From contig OZ241917.1 of assembly GCA_965203805.1 (NCBI GenBank), forward strand, positions 5,248,001 through 5,312,000: a stretch of DNA of 64,000 bases, read 5' to 3'. This stretch comes from Candidatus Latescibacterota bacterium. GTDB lineage: Bacteria; Latescibacterota; UBA2968; GCA-2709665. The notes beneath the pieces were generated by a model that worked only from the letters and a program-made list of their open reading frames with translations, searched no databases and was not told the origin of the DNA. Each line of letters begins with the position of its first letter. Position 1 is the stretch's first letter. Position numbers and translations under genes: made by a program. Below are positions 9,130 to 17,782 of the stretch, piece after piece.

Positions 9130-10311
9130 ATGGAACTTGAGGTCGAACGACCAGAGCATATTGTTCCATCATATTCGCTCACGGGCGACTTGCTATCATA
9201 CTTACGCTGTCGGCTACAGTATCGCTACCACAATGGTAGTGCGTTGCCTCCGTCGCGGCCAATTCAACTCTGGTTTGGTGAGTTTCTGCACGGCACCCTG
9301 GAAATGTCATATCGATTTTGGGACGAGTTGCGACGAAGCGGACAGGAACCTCCAAATTTTCCGTGGCAATGCACTAAACGGGAATGGCGGGAAGACCAAC
9401 CAAAATGGGAGGACCACGATATAGGGAGATTTGCCGACTCAGTGGAGAATGCTCTTCGGCAGCAAGGAAAACAAGCTCGAAGTGCCGACGCTCGTGACTC
9501 GGCCTACCGTCGCGTCGAGGTGGCGGTGAATGCCTTGGGACCTCACCTGTTTCCGCTTATCGCTTCTACGGAAAGCAGGGTTATCGGAACAAGACCTGTG
9601 CCGTCCCAAGGGCGAAATCTTCGTTGCGACAACTATGAAGTACACGGCATTATTGACGTTTTGACACACGTAACTCTTTCGGAAGCCACTGAAGACAATC
9701 TTATTCGTCAGTGTGTATTGCAAGCATGTCCAGACCTCCCGGAAACTTTCGAAGTAATAGTTGACTATAAAGGAGCGAGACGACCTTTGATAGAAGAAGC
9801 CTATTGGGAACAAGGAGATTGGCAGATTCAAACATACGCCTGGCTCAGAGAACGACAGCCAGACGCATTCCCAGTTGTTGCAGGAATTCTGATTTACATT
9901 AACGAGTTGTCGCCAGGCGGAGCGGAGATGCAAGCCATCAGGCGCGGCGTAGCCAATGCCTTGACTGACGTCGTCCCCGAGCCAAGCTCTAGAGATGCGC
10001 AGATTGTCAGAATGTGGCGCGAGGGTATGGGCACAGACCAATTATCACTCGATTTCCGACTACGCAGAGCCATCCGAATAATTCCGATATCTCACGGTAG
10101 TATTACGAGTGCACTCTCGTCATTTGATGATGTTGTTCGTCGAGCAGAAGAGGATGTAATTGAAGAAGCGACAGGACGTGACATCCTTCAGGCTTGGGCT
10201 CCGAACTGCGAGGATGAAGCAACATGCGTAGCGTGTGATTTTCGTCACTTCTGCCCGAGCCCTGCTGGCGCGCCGCAGGATTACCGGATCAAAGCGCCGA
10301 GTGCGCCTTAA
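9130..10311 (+). CDS. PD-(D/E)xK nuclease, RecB/AddB/Cas4-like, predicted 4Fe-4S
   Basis: N-terminal Cys (YLRC), GEFLHG, GIID, VDYK, QIQTY, C-terminal CVACDFRHFC; starts 1 nt after the helicase stop. Confidence 0.88.
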   Translation: MELEVERPEHIVPSYSLTGDLLSYLRCRLQYRYHNGSALPPSRPIQLWFGEFLHGTLEMSYRFWDELRRSGQEPPNFPWQCTKREWREDQPKWEDHDIGRFADSVENALRQQGKQARSADARDSAYRRVEVAVNALGPHLFPLIASTESRVIGTRPVPSQGRNLRCDNYEVHGIIDVLTHVTLSEATEDNLIRQCVLQACPDLPETFEVIVDYKGARRPLIEEAYWEQGDWQIQTYAWLRERQPDAFPVVAGILIYINELSPGGAEMQAIRRGVANALTDVVPEPSSRDAQIVRMWREGMGTDQLSLDFRLRRAIRIIPISHGSITSALSSFDDVVRRAEEDVIEEATGRDILQAWAPNCEDEATCVACDFRHFCPSPAGAPQDYRIKAPSAP

Positions 10312-10511
10312 TCTACGCAGTTATTCTGGTGTATATTCATACCGCCTGGGCGTCGTTGTGAAGATGTCACCTAATGAGATGATTGAGTCCGCAAATATTT
10401 ATGCAAAGGGCATCAAGCGATCAAGGTCATCGTCCATACGGCGAAATGTGATGCGCGCCTACTCACTCACAGATCAAAAATGAGCACACTTCGAGATAGA
10501 GGACGTTCTCG

Positions 10512-10835
10512 ATGCCCATAGACGACCGTTACGTTAAGAACCTGCCGGACATCTACCGCGACGTTCTTGAGACGTATCCCCAGTTCAATTCGACGCGTAT
10601 TGCCGGTGACGGTCTGGCTTACCAAACGCTGTATTCGGCATTGGCGGATGAAGAGAAGGGATACAAGTTGGGCCAGATAATCCGGGCGTGTGAGAACATG
10701 GCGGAGGTCGGTCTAATGCAGATCAAACATAAGATTTTCGCTTGCCCGACACCTCTTGGGGAAGAGTTGATTACGGCAATAACGGGCCAAACCGTGCCTG
10801 TGTCCGATGTTCCCCCTATCGAGCCACCGACGTAG
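10512..10835 (+). CDS. Hypothetical protein, possible winged-helix fold
   Basis: 107 aa; RBS gagg upstream; helix/wing-like pattern ending CPTPLGEELI. Confidence 0.6.
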   Translation: MPIDDRYVKNLPDIYRDVLETYPQFNSTRIAGDGLAYQTLYSALADEEKGYKLGQIIRACENMAEVGLMQIKHKIFACPTPLGEELITAITGQTVPVSDVPPIEPPT

Positions 10836-11024
10836 GTCGCGATTTGCACAGGGTAAGGCAGTTGTTTCAGTTGTTCAGATCGTGCGATGACATTGTCTGA
10901 GACCGCCAACCCAACATGAGACGTCCCATGGCCAAACAGACAACAAAGCCTAAACGTTCCGACCGTGAACAAGAACATGCCACCATGCTAAAAGACGCGC
11001 TTACCCGCCCAGGAGTCCGTGAAG
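10827..11024 (+). repeat. 198-bp imperfect direct repeat, copy 1 (contains truncated ORF 10928-11032)
   Basis: Aligns with 12025-12222; identical 61-bp core at 10908-10968. Confidence 0.92.
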
Positions 11025-11032
11025 GGGGTTGA
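10928..11032 (+). pseudogene. Truncated paralog of the 12126-12365 protein
   Basis: MAKQTTKPKRSDREQEHATMLKDALTRPGVREGG* vs MAKQTTKPKRSDRERNHAAMLREAIARPGVREVM... Confidence 0.75.
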
Positions 11033-11053
11033 GACTCTGTTATTGGGGATTGT

Positions 11054-11260
11054 ATGGAAAGGCCGGAGGTTGTTCGTGTGCTGGAAAGGTATTCGGGAGG
11101 AGCAGAAATCGGTACGAATGCGGAAAAAATGGGACTGACTGAGCGCCAGGCCCGTGCCCGTATCGGCGCTGCCCGACGCTACGGGTGGAATATCAAAAAT
11201 ACGGGGCTGCGGATGTTTCAGTTGTTTGATGGGGAATACAAGGGACGCTACGGTGGGTGA
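11054..11260 (+). CDS. Small HTH-like DNA-binding protein
   Basis: 68 aa; AEKMGLTERQARARIGAARRYGWNI resembles a winged HTH; RBS gggga. Confidence 0.55.
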   Translation: MERPEVVRVLERYSGGAEIGTNAEKMGLTERQARARIGAARRYGWNIKNTGLRMFQLFDGEYKGRYGG

Positions 11261-11346
11261 AAAGCCGGGGAGAAAAGCGGTGGAGGATTTCTGGGCGTCT
11301 AATCTGGCTTCGATTTTGGCGAAGGATCGAAAAAGGAGAGGATAAT

Positions 11347-11562
11347 ATGGGTGTTGTCAATCTTGTTATGGGGATGATTCACCGTGTTCGGCTGGGCGAG
11401 CGTCCTGAAGACGTGGAAGAGGAGCAGGACGAAGATCCGTTTTTGGCGCGCTCGTTACAGATAGATGAGGATATCCGCACGGGAAAGAACCGGATGCTGA
11501 CGGCTGAGGAAACGCGTCGGTTTTTCGACAGAGTTAAGAGGCGTAGCGGTGGAAATGGATGA
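11347..11562 (+). CDS. Putative type II antitoxin
   Basis: 71 aa with an acidic core and EDIRTGKNRMLTAEE; strong RBS aaggagagg; overlaps the downstream RelE-like gene. Confidence 0.6.
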   Translation: MGVVNLVMGMIHRVRLGERPEDVEEEQDEDPFLARSLQIDEDIRTGKNRMLTAEETRRFFDRVKRRSGGNG

Positions 11563-11929
11563 GGCGCACCGTCGTCAACGAACAAGAAAAGCGAGGCGTT
11601 CAGGGGCGGAATCGAAATCATCGGAACCGGAAGAACAGCAGGTTTTAATTTCTGCTTCTGTTGCCAAGTTTATAGACGGTTTGCAGGAAAACGTCCAGAA
11701 CGCGGCTTCGGACAGGATCAAAGCTCTTGGCAATCCGGCAAACATAAGGGGATCAACAAAGATCAGGGGGCGGCCCCGGAACGATCCGATGTTCAGGATT
11801 GAAACTGGGAATTACCGGGTATTTTACAAGAGGATTGGTGGGAAGGTTCATGTGGTAGAGATGGAACATCGGCAGGGTGCGTATGGTAAGGGGAAGCAAA
11901 GGGGACGACGAAAGTCAAGAAGTCGATAG
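11549..11929 (+). CDS. RelE/ParE-family toxin
   Basis: Basic protein with FRIETGNYRVFY and HRQGAY, typical of RelE. Confidence 0.75.
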   Translation: MEMDEAHRRQRTRKARRSGAESKSSEPEEQQVLISASVAKFIDGLQENVQNAASDRIKALGNPANIRGSTKIRGRPRNDPMFRIETGNYRVFYKRIGGKVHVVEMEHRQGAYGKGKQRGRRKSRSR

Positions 11930-12024
11930 TTGGGACTTTTGACGCGAAGAAAGAGGGGATTCGTATGGGTTCTGAAACTGTAAGGAACATGCCGGTCGTA
12001 GAGGTTGCTGCAAGTGGGTATCAG

Positions 12025-12222
12025 CCGACGAAGGTTGCGATTTGCACAGGGTAAGGCGATTGACACAGTTGTTCAGATCGTGCGATGGCATTACCAGACA
12101 CCGCTAACCCAACATGAGACGTCCCATGGCCAAACAGACAACAAAGCCTAAACGTTCCGACCGTGAGCGAAATCATGCCGCCATGTTAAGAGAGGCCATA
12201 GCCCGTCCAGGTGTCCGTGAAG
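12025..12222 (+). repeat. 198-bp imperfect direct repeat, copy 2
   Basis: Aligns with 10827-11024. Confidence 0.92.
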
Positions 12223-12365
12223 TGATGCAGTTTTACCAGATCTTTCAGGCAATAGATAAGGGGCTTTATCCGTACCGTCAGGCAACGAAAATTCCAGAAA
12301 TAGTGAAATCGACGGATCACTCTTATGTGGGTAAACCTGTCCGGACAGGTCTGCAAGACGCCTGA
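12126..12365 (+). CDS. Small hypothetical protein
   Basis: ~79-aa ORF with a paralogous truncated copy at 10928. Confidence 0.55.
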   Translation: MAKQTTKPKRSDRERNHAAMLREAIARPGVREVMQFYQIFQAIDKGLYPYRQATKIPEIVKSTDHSYVGKPVRTGLQDA

Positions 12366-12471
12366 TGACCCTCGGTTTCTTGATCAGGAAAGTACCCACT
12401 CGATATTTAAGGGTATGCGAGAAATACTTGAACCGAGCGACGAAATTCATTTCAGTGGAAATTCGTCATGA
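12325..12471 (+). pseudogene. Probable truncated partner gene (MWVNLSGQVCKTPDDPRFLDQ...)
   Basis: 48-codon ORF overlapping the end of the preceding gene as in a two-gene module, then ending abruptly. Confidence 0.35.
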
Positions 12472-12549
12472 AATGTAAATGAAAATGATCAGAGACTGCC
12501 CAATCAGCCTCGGATCGAACCAGGCATTACTCCCGAGGAGGATTCCACC

Positions 12550-12720
12550 ATGGATAACCCAAAAGCAACACCTGGTTAATATATACCGAAGTATAAGGCG
12601 CCAGCTCTCGAGACAAGTATTAGAGAAATTTTCCCATTATTGCCGCCGCTCCTACCAGCCAGGAAAAAAGCTCAAATTGAATCTATACTGTTTGAATTGG
12701 CCAGGGTGAGAGAGGAATAA
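12550..12720 (+). pseudogene. Small ORF with an internal stop (MDNPKATPG*YIPKYKAP...ELARVREE*)
   Basis: Strong RBS gaggagga before ATG 12550; reading frame continues past one TAA. Confidence 0.3.
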
Positions 12721-12746
12721 TTACCATATCAATAAATCGACACAAG

Positions 12747-12846
12747 ACACGGCCCAGGGCAGGTGATGTGCGCTGGGCCGTTGTGTATTTGGTTGTCTCT
12801 CGTGACTATCGTTGTAGAGCGGCTGCCCTAACAACCGCTCTTTCTA
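12747..12846. terminator. Two hairpins between convergent genes (cacggcccag/ctgggccgttgtg; agagcgg/ccgctct)
   Basis: Inverted repeats read directly, located between convergent ORFs. Confidence 0.5.
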
Positions 12847-13161
12847 TTTATACCGTTGCCTTATTTCATCCATTCTAGGATGATTCCCAGCACCCAAAAT
12901 GATAGCGCGACGTTTTTTATTATCTAATTTCATAACAAAAGCAACGCGCTCGTTCCCATTTAAACGATACTTAATTACTTGGTTCTGCCGGGATATGTTT
13001 TTACCTCCTGCTGGAATTTTTCCTACTCGAAGCTCTTGTAGAAATCGACAATACTGAATTTGCGCCTGTTCCGTTAATTTCGCGATATCTCTCTTTGCAC
13101 TGTTATCAGCTAAATAAATCTCATCGGCTTTTGGTAGAAATGGGGTTTCGCCATCAACCAT
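12844..13161 (-). CDS. RelE-superfamily (YafQ/HigB-like) toxin
   Basis: 105 aa basic; KYRLNGNERVAF...GAGNH; resembles 56692-56982. Confidence 0.6.
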   Translation of the reverse strand: MVDGETPFLPKADEIYLADNSAKRDIAKLTEQAQIQYCRFLQELRVGKIPAGGKNISRQNQVIKYRLNGNERVAFVMKLDNKKRRAIILGAGNHPRMDEIRQRYK

Positions 13162-13180
13162 CGCCTTGCCCCCTCGAAAA

Positions 13181-13660
13181 CTATTCTACCAATATAAATT
13201 GTGATGCATCTAAATTATCAGCTTTATGCAAAATCGACAAATTCCAACTGATTTCCTGTAAAATAGTAATAAATACTAAGAGTCGATCATCCACTTTCTT
13301 AAATGGTTCATATAGTATTGGACTATATTGTTTTGCCAATTCACCCAAGCGAATCCAATCCGAACTTCGTAATGAATGACTCAACTGGTCTAAGGCTTTA
13401 ATACTTCGTTCAACATTACCTCCTAAGCACAGATTAATATAATCTTGTGGATTTTGTTCCAATTCCAATAAATCCTTAGACCATTCACTAATAGCGATAT
13501 TTACCACTTCATCCACTGCTTTCAATGCATTACGTGCTTGTTCTTCACCTTCAACAATAGCCGGTCCACTATTGAGTCTTATTACATGCTGGGAGGCCAA
13601 ATGATCAATGTGTGTCCCCATATGCCTTGCACGCGGAATTTCCATTACAGTTGCACCCAT
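13181..13660 (-). CDS. Helical hypothetical protein, putative antitoxin; paralog of 56114-56689
   Basis: ARNAL..V.EV, LEQNPQDYI and DDRLLVFITILQEISW match ARSAL..VEV, LEYSPDDYI and DERLYDLISLIQEVRW. Confidence 0.7.
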   Translation of the reverse strand: MGATVMEIPRARHMGTHIDHLASQHVIRLNSGPAIVEGEEQARNALKAVDEVVNIAISEWSKDLLELEQNPQDYINLCLGGNVERSIKALDQLSHSLRSSDWIRLGELAKQYSPILYEPFKKVDDRLLVFITILQEISWNLSILHKADNLDASQFILVE

Positions 13661-13683
13661 AACCGTATCCTTATAGAGATAAA

Positions 13684-14007
13684 TTATGGCGAACCCATCA
13701 ACAATACGGATTCAGTTTCACACATCGAAGATTCAGTTACAACTAAGACAATATATTTCCAATCGTTATTCTCTGATTCTTCATTAGCGGTAGGGAAAAA
13801 ATAACGATTCTCTACTTTATATATCGTTCGATTTTGTGGTTCACGGCGATCCAAACCAGATGAAACCCAAGGGTTGACAATATGATCTCCAATTTTCGGT
13901 ATATCACCCAAGTCAGATAAGCTATACTCCTCGACTAAATCGACTAATTTCTCATCTATATACATATGTAGTCGAAATAGTATCTCTTTTTCTCTGAATT
14001 TCTCCAA
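13684..14007 (-). CDS. Hypothetical protein
   Basis: 107-aa AT-rich ORF co-oriented with the downstream module; IPKIGD...YKVENRYF suggests a small beta-barrel. Confidence 0.6.
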   Translation of the reverse strand: MEKFREKEILFRLHMYIDEKLVDLVEEYSLSDLGDIPKIGDHIVNPWVSSGLDRREPQNRTIYKVENRYFFPTANEESENNDWKYIVLVVTESSMCETESVLLMGSP

Positions 14008-14152
14008 ACCTTGTCCCTTAATTTTAAAATAAGCCTCATTAAAACAATAGACGAAATAAATATAACTAGGCGAAATTATCGACGCAATCCCTTTTTGGGC
14101 TTAATCATACTTTGCAAATACGCCCACCACAAATACCCATCCTCCCAACACG

Positions 14153-14327
14153 ATGAAGAGAACGTTGACCATCGAATACGGCGATGACACCTTCCATCTG
14201 ACCGAGGAAGACCTCCAACGGGACCTGGCCAGTGCCCGACGTCATTTGTAATACGTCCCCACTCCAGTACCTGCACCAGGCTGACGTGTTGGCACGTCGC
14301 CGCCAATTCAAAGAGCCGCCCATTTAA
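14153..14327 (+). pseudogene. Collapsed UPF0175 antitoxin / DUF3368 PIN toxin pair
   Basis: MKRTLTIEYGDD..LTEEDLQRDLASARRHL* (14153-14251, internally deleted) overlaps VPDVICNTSPLQYLHQ.. (14232-14327), a typical DUF3368 N-terminus. Confidence 0.6.
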
Positions 14328-14435
14328 ATCGTGGACGGCTTGCTTATTGACGTATTTCGCAACTGTGGATTTTCTCGTCGCCTATTCCTCGTCGATTTGT
14401 CCCTCCTTTTTCAGTTAGGTTGGCAACTTCGCGCC

Positions 14436-15377
14436 TCAAGGCGCCTGCGCCCCGACAGTCTCCACGTAGACCGAGAACAGCGATTGGGAGCAGGTCATGA
14501 ACAGCCTGTTCTTCTTTTCGCCGCCGAAGCAGAGGTTGGCGCAGGGGGCCGGGAGGTGGATCTTGCCGATGAGGGTTCCGTCGGGCGCGAAGCAGTGCAC
14601 ACCGTCGGTACCCTCGCCCGCCCAGCAGGCCCCGGCCCACAGGTTGCCGTCCACGTCGGTTCGGATTCCGTCCGCCGAGGCGGGCTCCATGTTGACGAAC
14701 ACGCGCCCGTTTGCGAGTCGGTCGCCGTCCACGTCGAACACGCGGATGTGGGCGGGGTATTCGGGGCCGTCGGAGCGCCCGGTGTCCACGATGTACAGCA
14801 GCGACTCGTCGGGGCTGAAGCACAGGCCGTTGGGCCGCTGGAAGTCTGAAACGACGACGATTGCCTCTCCGGTTTCCGGATCGAGACGGTACACGTTGGT
14901 GTCGTTCTCGAATTCGGCCTGATGCCCCTCGTAGTTCATCAGAATGCCGTAACCCGGGTCCGTGAACCAGATCGATCCGTCCGATCTGACCGCGGCGTCA
15001 TTCGGCGCATTCAGCGGCCTTCCCTCGAAGCGGTCCATCAGCACCGTAATCGAACCGTCATACTCCGTCCGGGTGACGCGACGCGCGTCGTGTTCGCACG
15101 ATACCAGCCGGCCCTGGCGGTCGCGCGTATTCCCGTTTGTGTTGTTCGACGGCTTGCGGAACACCGAGACCTCCCCCGTCTCTTCTTCCCATTTAAGGAT
15201 GCGGTTGTTGGGGATATCGCTGAACAGCAGATAGCGCCCGTCCCCGAACCACACCGGGCCTTCGAGCCACCGGCCGCCCGTCCAGAGCATTTCTATGGCG
15301 GCGGTTGAAAGCTTGTACTTCGCGAACCGGTCGTCGAGCACTTCGACCCGGCTGTCCGGATATCTCACGAGTTCCAT
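14436..15377 (-). CDS. SMP-30/gluconolactonase family protein
   Basis: EGPVW, FSDIPN, NGNTRD, PND, FTDPGYG, PNGLCFSPDE, DGIRTD. Confidence 0.92.
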   Translation of the reverse strand: MELVRYPDSRVEVLDDRFAKYKLSTAAIEMLWTGGRWLEGPVWFGDGRYLLFSDIPNNRILKWEEETGEVSVFRKPSNNTNGNTRDRQGRLVSCEHDARRVTRTEYDGSITVLMDRFEGRPLNAPNDAAVRSDGSIWFTDPGYGILMNYEGHQAEFENDTNVYRLDPETGEAIVVVSDFQRPNGLCFSPDESLLYIVDTGRSDGPEYPAHIRVFDVDGDRLANGRVFVNMEPASADGIRTDVDGNLWAGACWAGEGTDGVHCFAPDGTLIGKIHLPAPCANLCFGGEKKNRLFMTCSQSLFSVYVETVGAQAP

Positions 15378-15712
15378 GTCACTCTTCCCTGTTGATCGAC
15401 CGGTCTTGTTGTGGCTTCTGGGTCAATTCGCAATTCCTGGAAACCGCGTCCGACGTGCGAATCCGTCGTTGGCGGATTCTGAAGTCCAATCATATACGGT
15501 CCAATATGGGGATGGGTTGACGCCTTCGCCCGAAGTGCGGCCCCGCAGCAAATTGGGACACCAGCGGCGTTTTGTCAAACGAATTGGAGAACGTGGGGCC
15601 GCGCGCATAAACCACGAGGTTTCCGGGATCGGGGCCCCGGCGAGCTTGCTGCAAACGCCAGGCGGAGCGCCTGGTTTCCCCTGGAGACTGCTTCTCCTGA
15701 GATGGCCACACC

Positions 15713-15741
15713 TTGACAACTTTTCAGACGCCCTTTATATT
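15713..15741 (+). promoter_or_regulatory. Sigma70-type promoter TTGACA-N17-TATATT
   Basis: -35 at 15713-15718, -10 at 15736-15741, 17-bp spacer. Confidence 0.7.
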
Positions 15742-15772
15742 GAAAATTAGCACCGATGGAGTTTCCGAAGAG

Positions 15773-15895
15773 AGCCGGTAACCCGCCAACGCGCGCAGTC
15801 TTCATGTGGCTGCCCGCAAACCTGCGGACAGGTCCCGCCAATCCGTTTCCGACGCCTTGCGGCGACCTGTCACAATGGGCGTGCCGGGTCCGGCT
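15773..15895 (+). ncRNA. Candidate structured RNA or 5' leader (multi-stem junction), family not recognised
   Basis: Closing stem agccgg..acccg/cgggtccggct encloses hairpins gcagtc/ggctgc, ccgca/tgcgg and gacaggtc/gacctgtc; lies directly after a consensus promoter. Confidence 0.35.
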
Positions 15896-15924
15896 GCAGA
15901 GCGTCAATTCGCGTCATCGCCGAC

Positions 15925-16881
15925 ATGACAACCCGTCAGAACATACCCGGAATAAGCCTGGTCACCGTGCTGCTTTGTTTATCCAACCCCGAACAACCAG
16001 GGTGCGGGGAGGCACGCGCTTCCGGACCGGCGTACCAGATGGTCAGCCGGCAGGAAATACTGCATGCCATGCGGCAGGCTGGCGATTACGATCCGACGGC
16101 GACGACGAACGGCGCCCGGTTCCAATGGGAAGTGATTTTCAATCTCGCGCACCGGGCGTGGGAGCGCGACCCGCATGGAGCGCCGCTGTTTATCGACTCG
16201 GAGGACTGGTTTCGGGCGTTTATGGAGACGACCGGACGGACGGAAGACGAAATGCCATTGTACGCGAGGCTGTCCTATGAATATAGGCAGCATTTGGATG
16301 TGGAATACAGAATGGATCGCGTGATCCGGAGGGTGATTGAAGGGCCGGCGCCTCGATTGGCTTTGAATGTCCGTATCTGGTGGGAAGATCGGGCGGACAA
16401 AGCGGATCGGTACTCATATCGGGATACGCTGGCAACACCCAATCTCAAGATTACGATTCGTCGGGTGATTTCGTACCGGCTGCTGGATCTTGGAGACTGG
16501 TTTGTTTGCGATCAAGTCAGGGGACTTAACGGACGTCCGACGTCAGGATTGTTGGGGTTTATCTTCCGGATTATCGGCGACGGTCGCATTGTACACTCCC
16601 GGATGGCAGTCTCAGCCGACGGTCTTCAGGTTGTCCGCGGGACGTCGAAGAAGGGGTTTATGTCAATGACGACCACCGCGACGATTTTTAGGGATGGAGA
16701 GATGATCAAGGATCTGCCGGATGGCCGGTCCGATCTGAAGGAACTGAAGAGACGCGTCAAACAGAAGCTGAAAGTCGAATACGTCGAACTACCCGAGGGC
16801 AACCTGGAGAAACCCGAAATCCCGGTAGAGAAACCCAAGGGCACGCCTATGGAGGAGCCTCATGAGCGAGCAGACAGGTGA
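15925..16881 (+). CDS. Hypothetical protein, possibly exported
   Basis: 318 aa; hydrophobic N-terminus; overlaps the next gene. Confidence 0.7.
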   Translation: MTTRQNIPGISLVTVLLCLSNPEQPGCGEARASGPAYQMVSRQEILHAMRQAGDYDPTATTNGARFQWEVIFNLAHRAWERDPHGAPLFIDSEDWFRAFMETTGRTEDEMPLYARLSYEYRQHLDVEYRMDRVIRRVIEGPAPRLALNVRIWWEDRADKADRYSYRDTLATPNLKITIRRVISYRLLDLGDWFVCDQVRGLNGRPTSGLLGFIFRIIGDGRIVHSRMAVSADGLQVVRGTSKKGFMSMTTTATIFRDGEMIKDLPDGRSDLKELKRRVKQKLKVEYVELPEGNLEKPEIPVEKPKGTPMEEPHERADR

Positions 16882-17692
16882 CGCGAGATACACGATGGGA
16901 CGCAGCAAGGGTGAAGAGGAGCGGTTGATTCACCAGTCGCAACTGTACGACGCCATCACCCGGCGCTTTTTGAATGATGCGGGCGTCGGAAACGGGATGA
17001 AAGTCCTGGATATCGGCTGCGGTCCCGGCGACGTCTCCCTGACGGCGGCTGAACTGGTGGGTCCCGCTGGAAGCGTCGTGGGCGTGGACGTCAATCCGGA
17101 CATCATTGGCACCGCCCGGGACCGTGCGCACAGTGCGGGCTTCTCCAACGTCGAATTCAGGACGGGCGACGCGCGGACGCTGGACGTGGGAAGCGACTTC
17201 GACGTGCTGACGGGCAGGCTGGTGCTGATGTATATGGGCGACCCCGCGGAAGCCCTGAGACAGTTGACAGCCAGGCTGCGGCCGGGCGGAATCGTGGCTT
17301 TCCAGGAGGCCGATTTCAGCGACTATCACAAGCGAGCCGACACGCCGGTGGCGAACGATCTCATCGAATGGGCCATTTCCGTTTTCAAACGTTCCGGCGC
17401 GCACATTGAGATGGGCTTAAACCTGTTCGGCGCGTTTGTAGACGCGGGACTGCCCGAGCCGGAAATGCATCTCGCGGCGCCGGTTGGCGGGCCGGAGAAC
17501 TGGACGGGGTACCGGTTCGTTGTTGAAGCATTTCGCAGCCTCGTTCCGCTGATGGAAGAGTTCGGGATCGCAACAGCCGAAGAGGTCGATCTGGATACGC
17601 TGGCAGAAAGGCTCCGAAACGAGGTGGTGGCGACAAAACGCGCGTTCATGCTCCCGCCCCACGTGACCGCGTGGGCAGTGCTCCCGGACTGA
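16862..17692 (+). CDS. Class I SAM-dependent methyltransferase
   Basis: VLDIGCGPGDV, VGVD, FDVLTGRLVLMY, LRPGG; RBS ggagga. Confidence 0.9.
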   Translation: MSEQTGDARYTMGRSKGEEERLIHQSQLYDAITRRFLNDAGVGNGMKVLDIGCGPGDVSLTAAELVGPAGSVVGVDVNPDIIGTARDRAHSAGFSNVEFRTGDARTLDVGSDFDVLTGRLVLMYMGDPAEALRQLTARLRPGGIVAFQEADFSDYHKRADTPVANDLIEWAISVFKRSGAHIEMGLNLFGAFVDAGLPEPEMHLAAPVGGPENWTGYRFVVEAFRSLVPLMEEFGIATAEEVDLDTLAERLRNEVVATKRAFMLPPHVTAWAVLPD

Positions 17693-17782
17693 CTCGCTCT
17701 GCTCCGAGTATGTGACATGATTTCGCCGGGTCGACAAATGTGTCGCCCCGGCGTTGTCTTGTACCTCGATCCAATGTCCAGT

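Noticed and set aside
9130-10311. Cas4 / CRISPR-Cas assignment for the Fe-S nuclease
   Set aside because: No cas1/cas2 or repeat-spacer array in the window; the protein is about twice Cas4 size and coupled to a UvrD helicase
549-10311. DISARM or BREX system
   Set aside because: No DrmA/DUF1998/PLD/SNF2 or PglZ/BrxC genes in the window; genes upstream of position 1 cannot be seen
10500-14330. Integron cassette array
   Set aside because: No integrase, mixed gene orientations and no convincing repeated attC (RYYYAAC...GTTRRRY) sites
15750-15770. Fluoride riboswitch-like start (gatggagtt)
   Set aside because: Flanking pairing and the downstream consensus do not match
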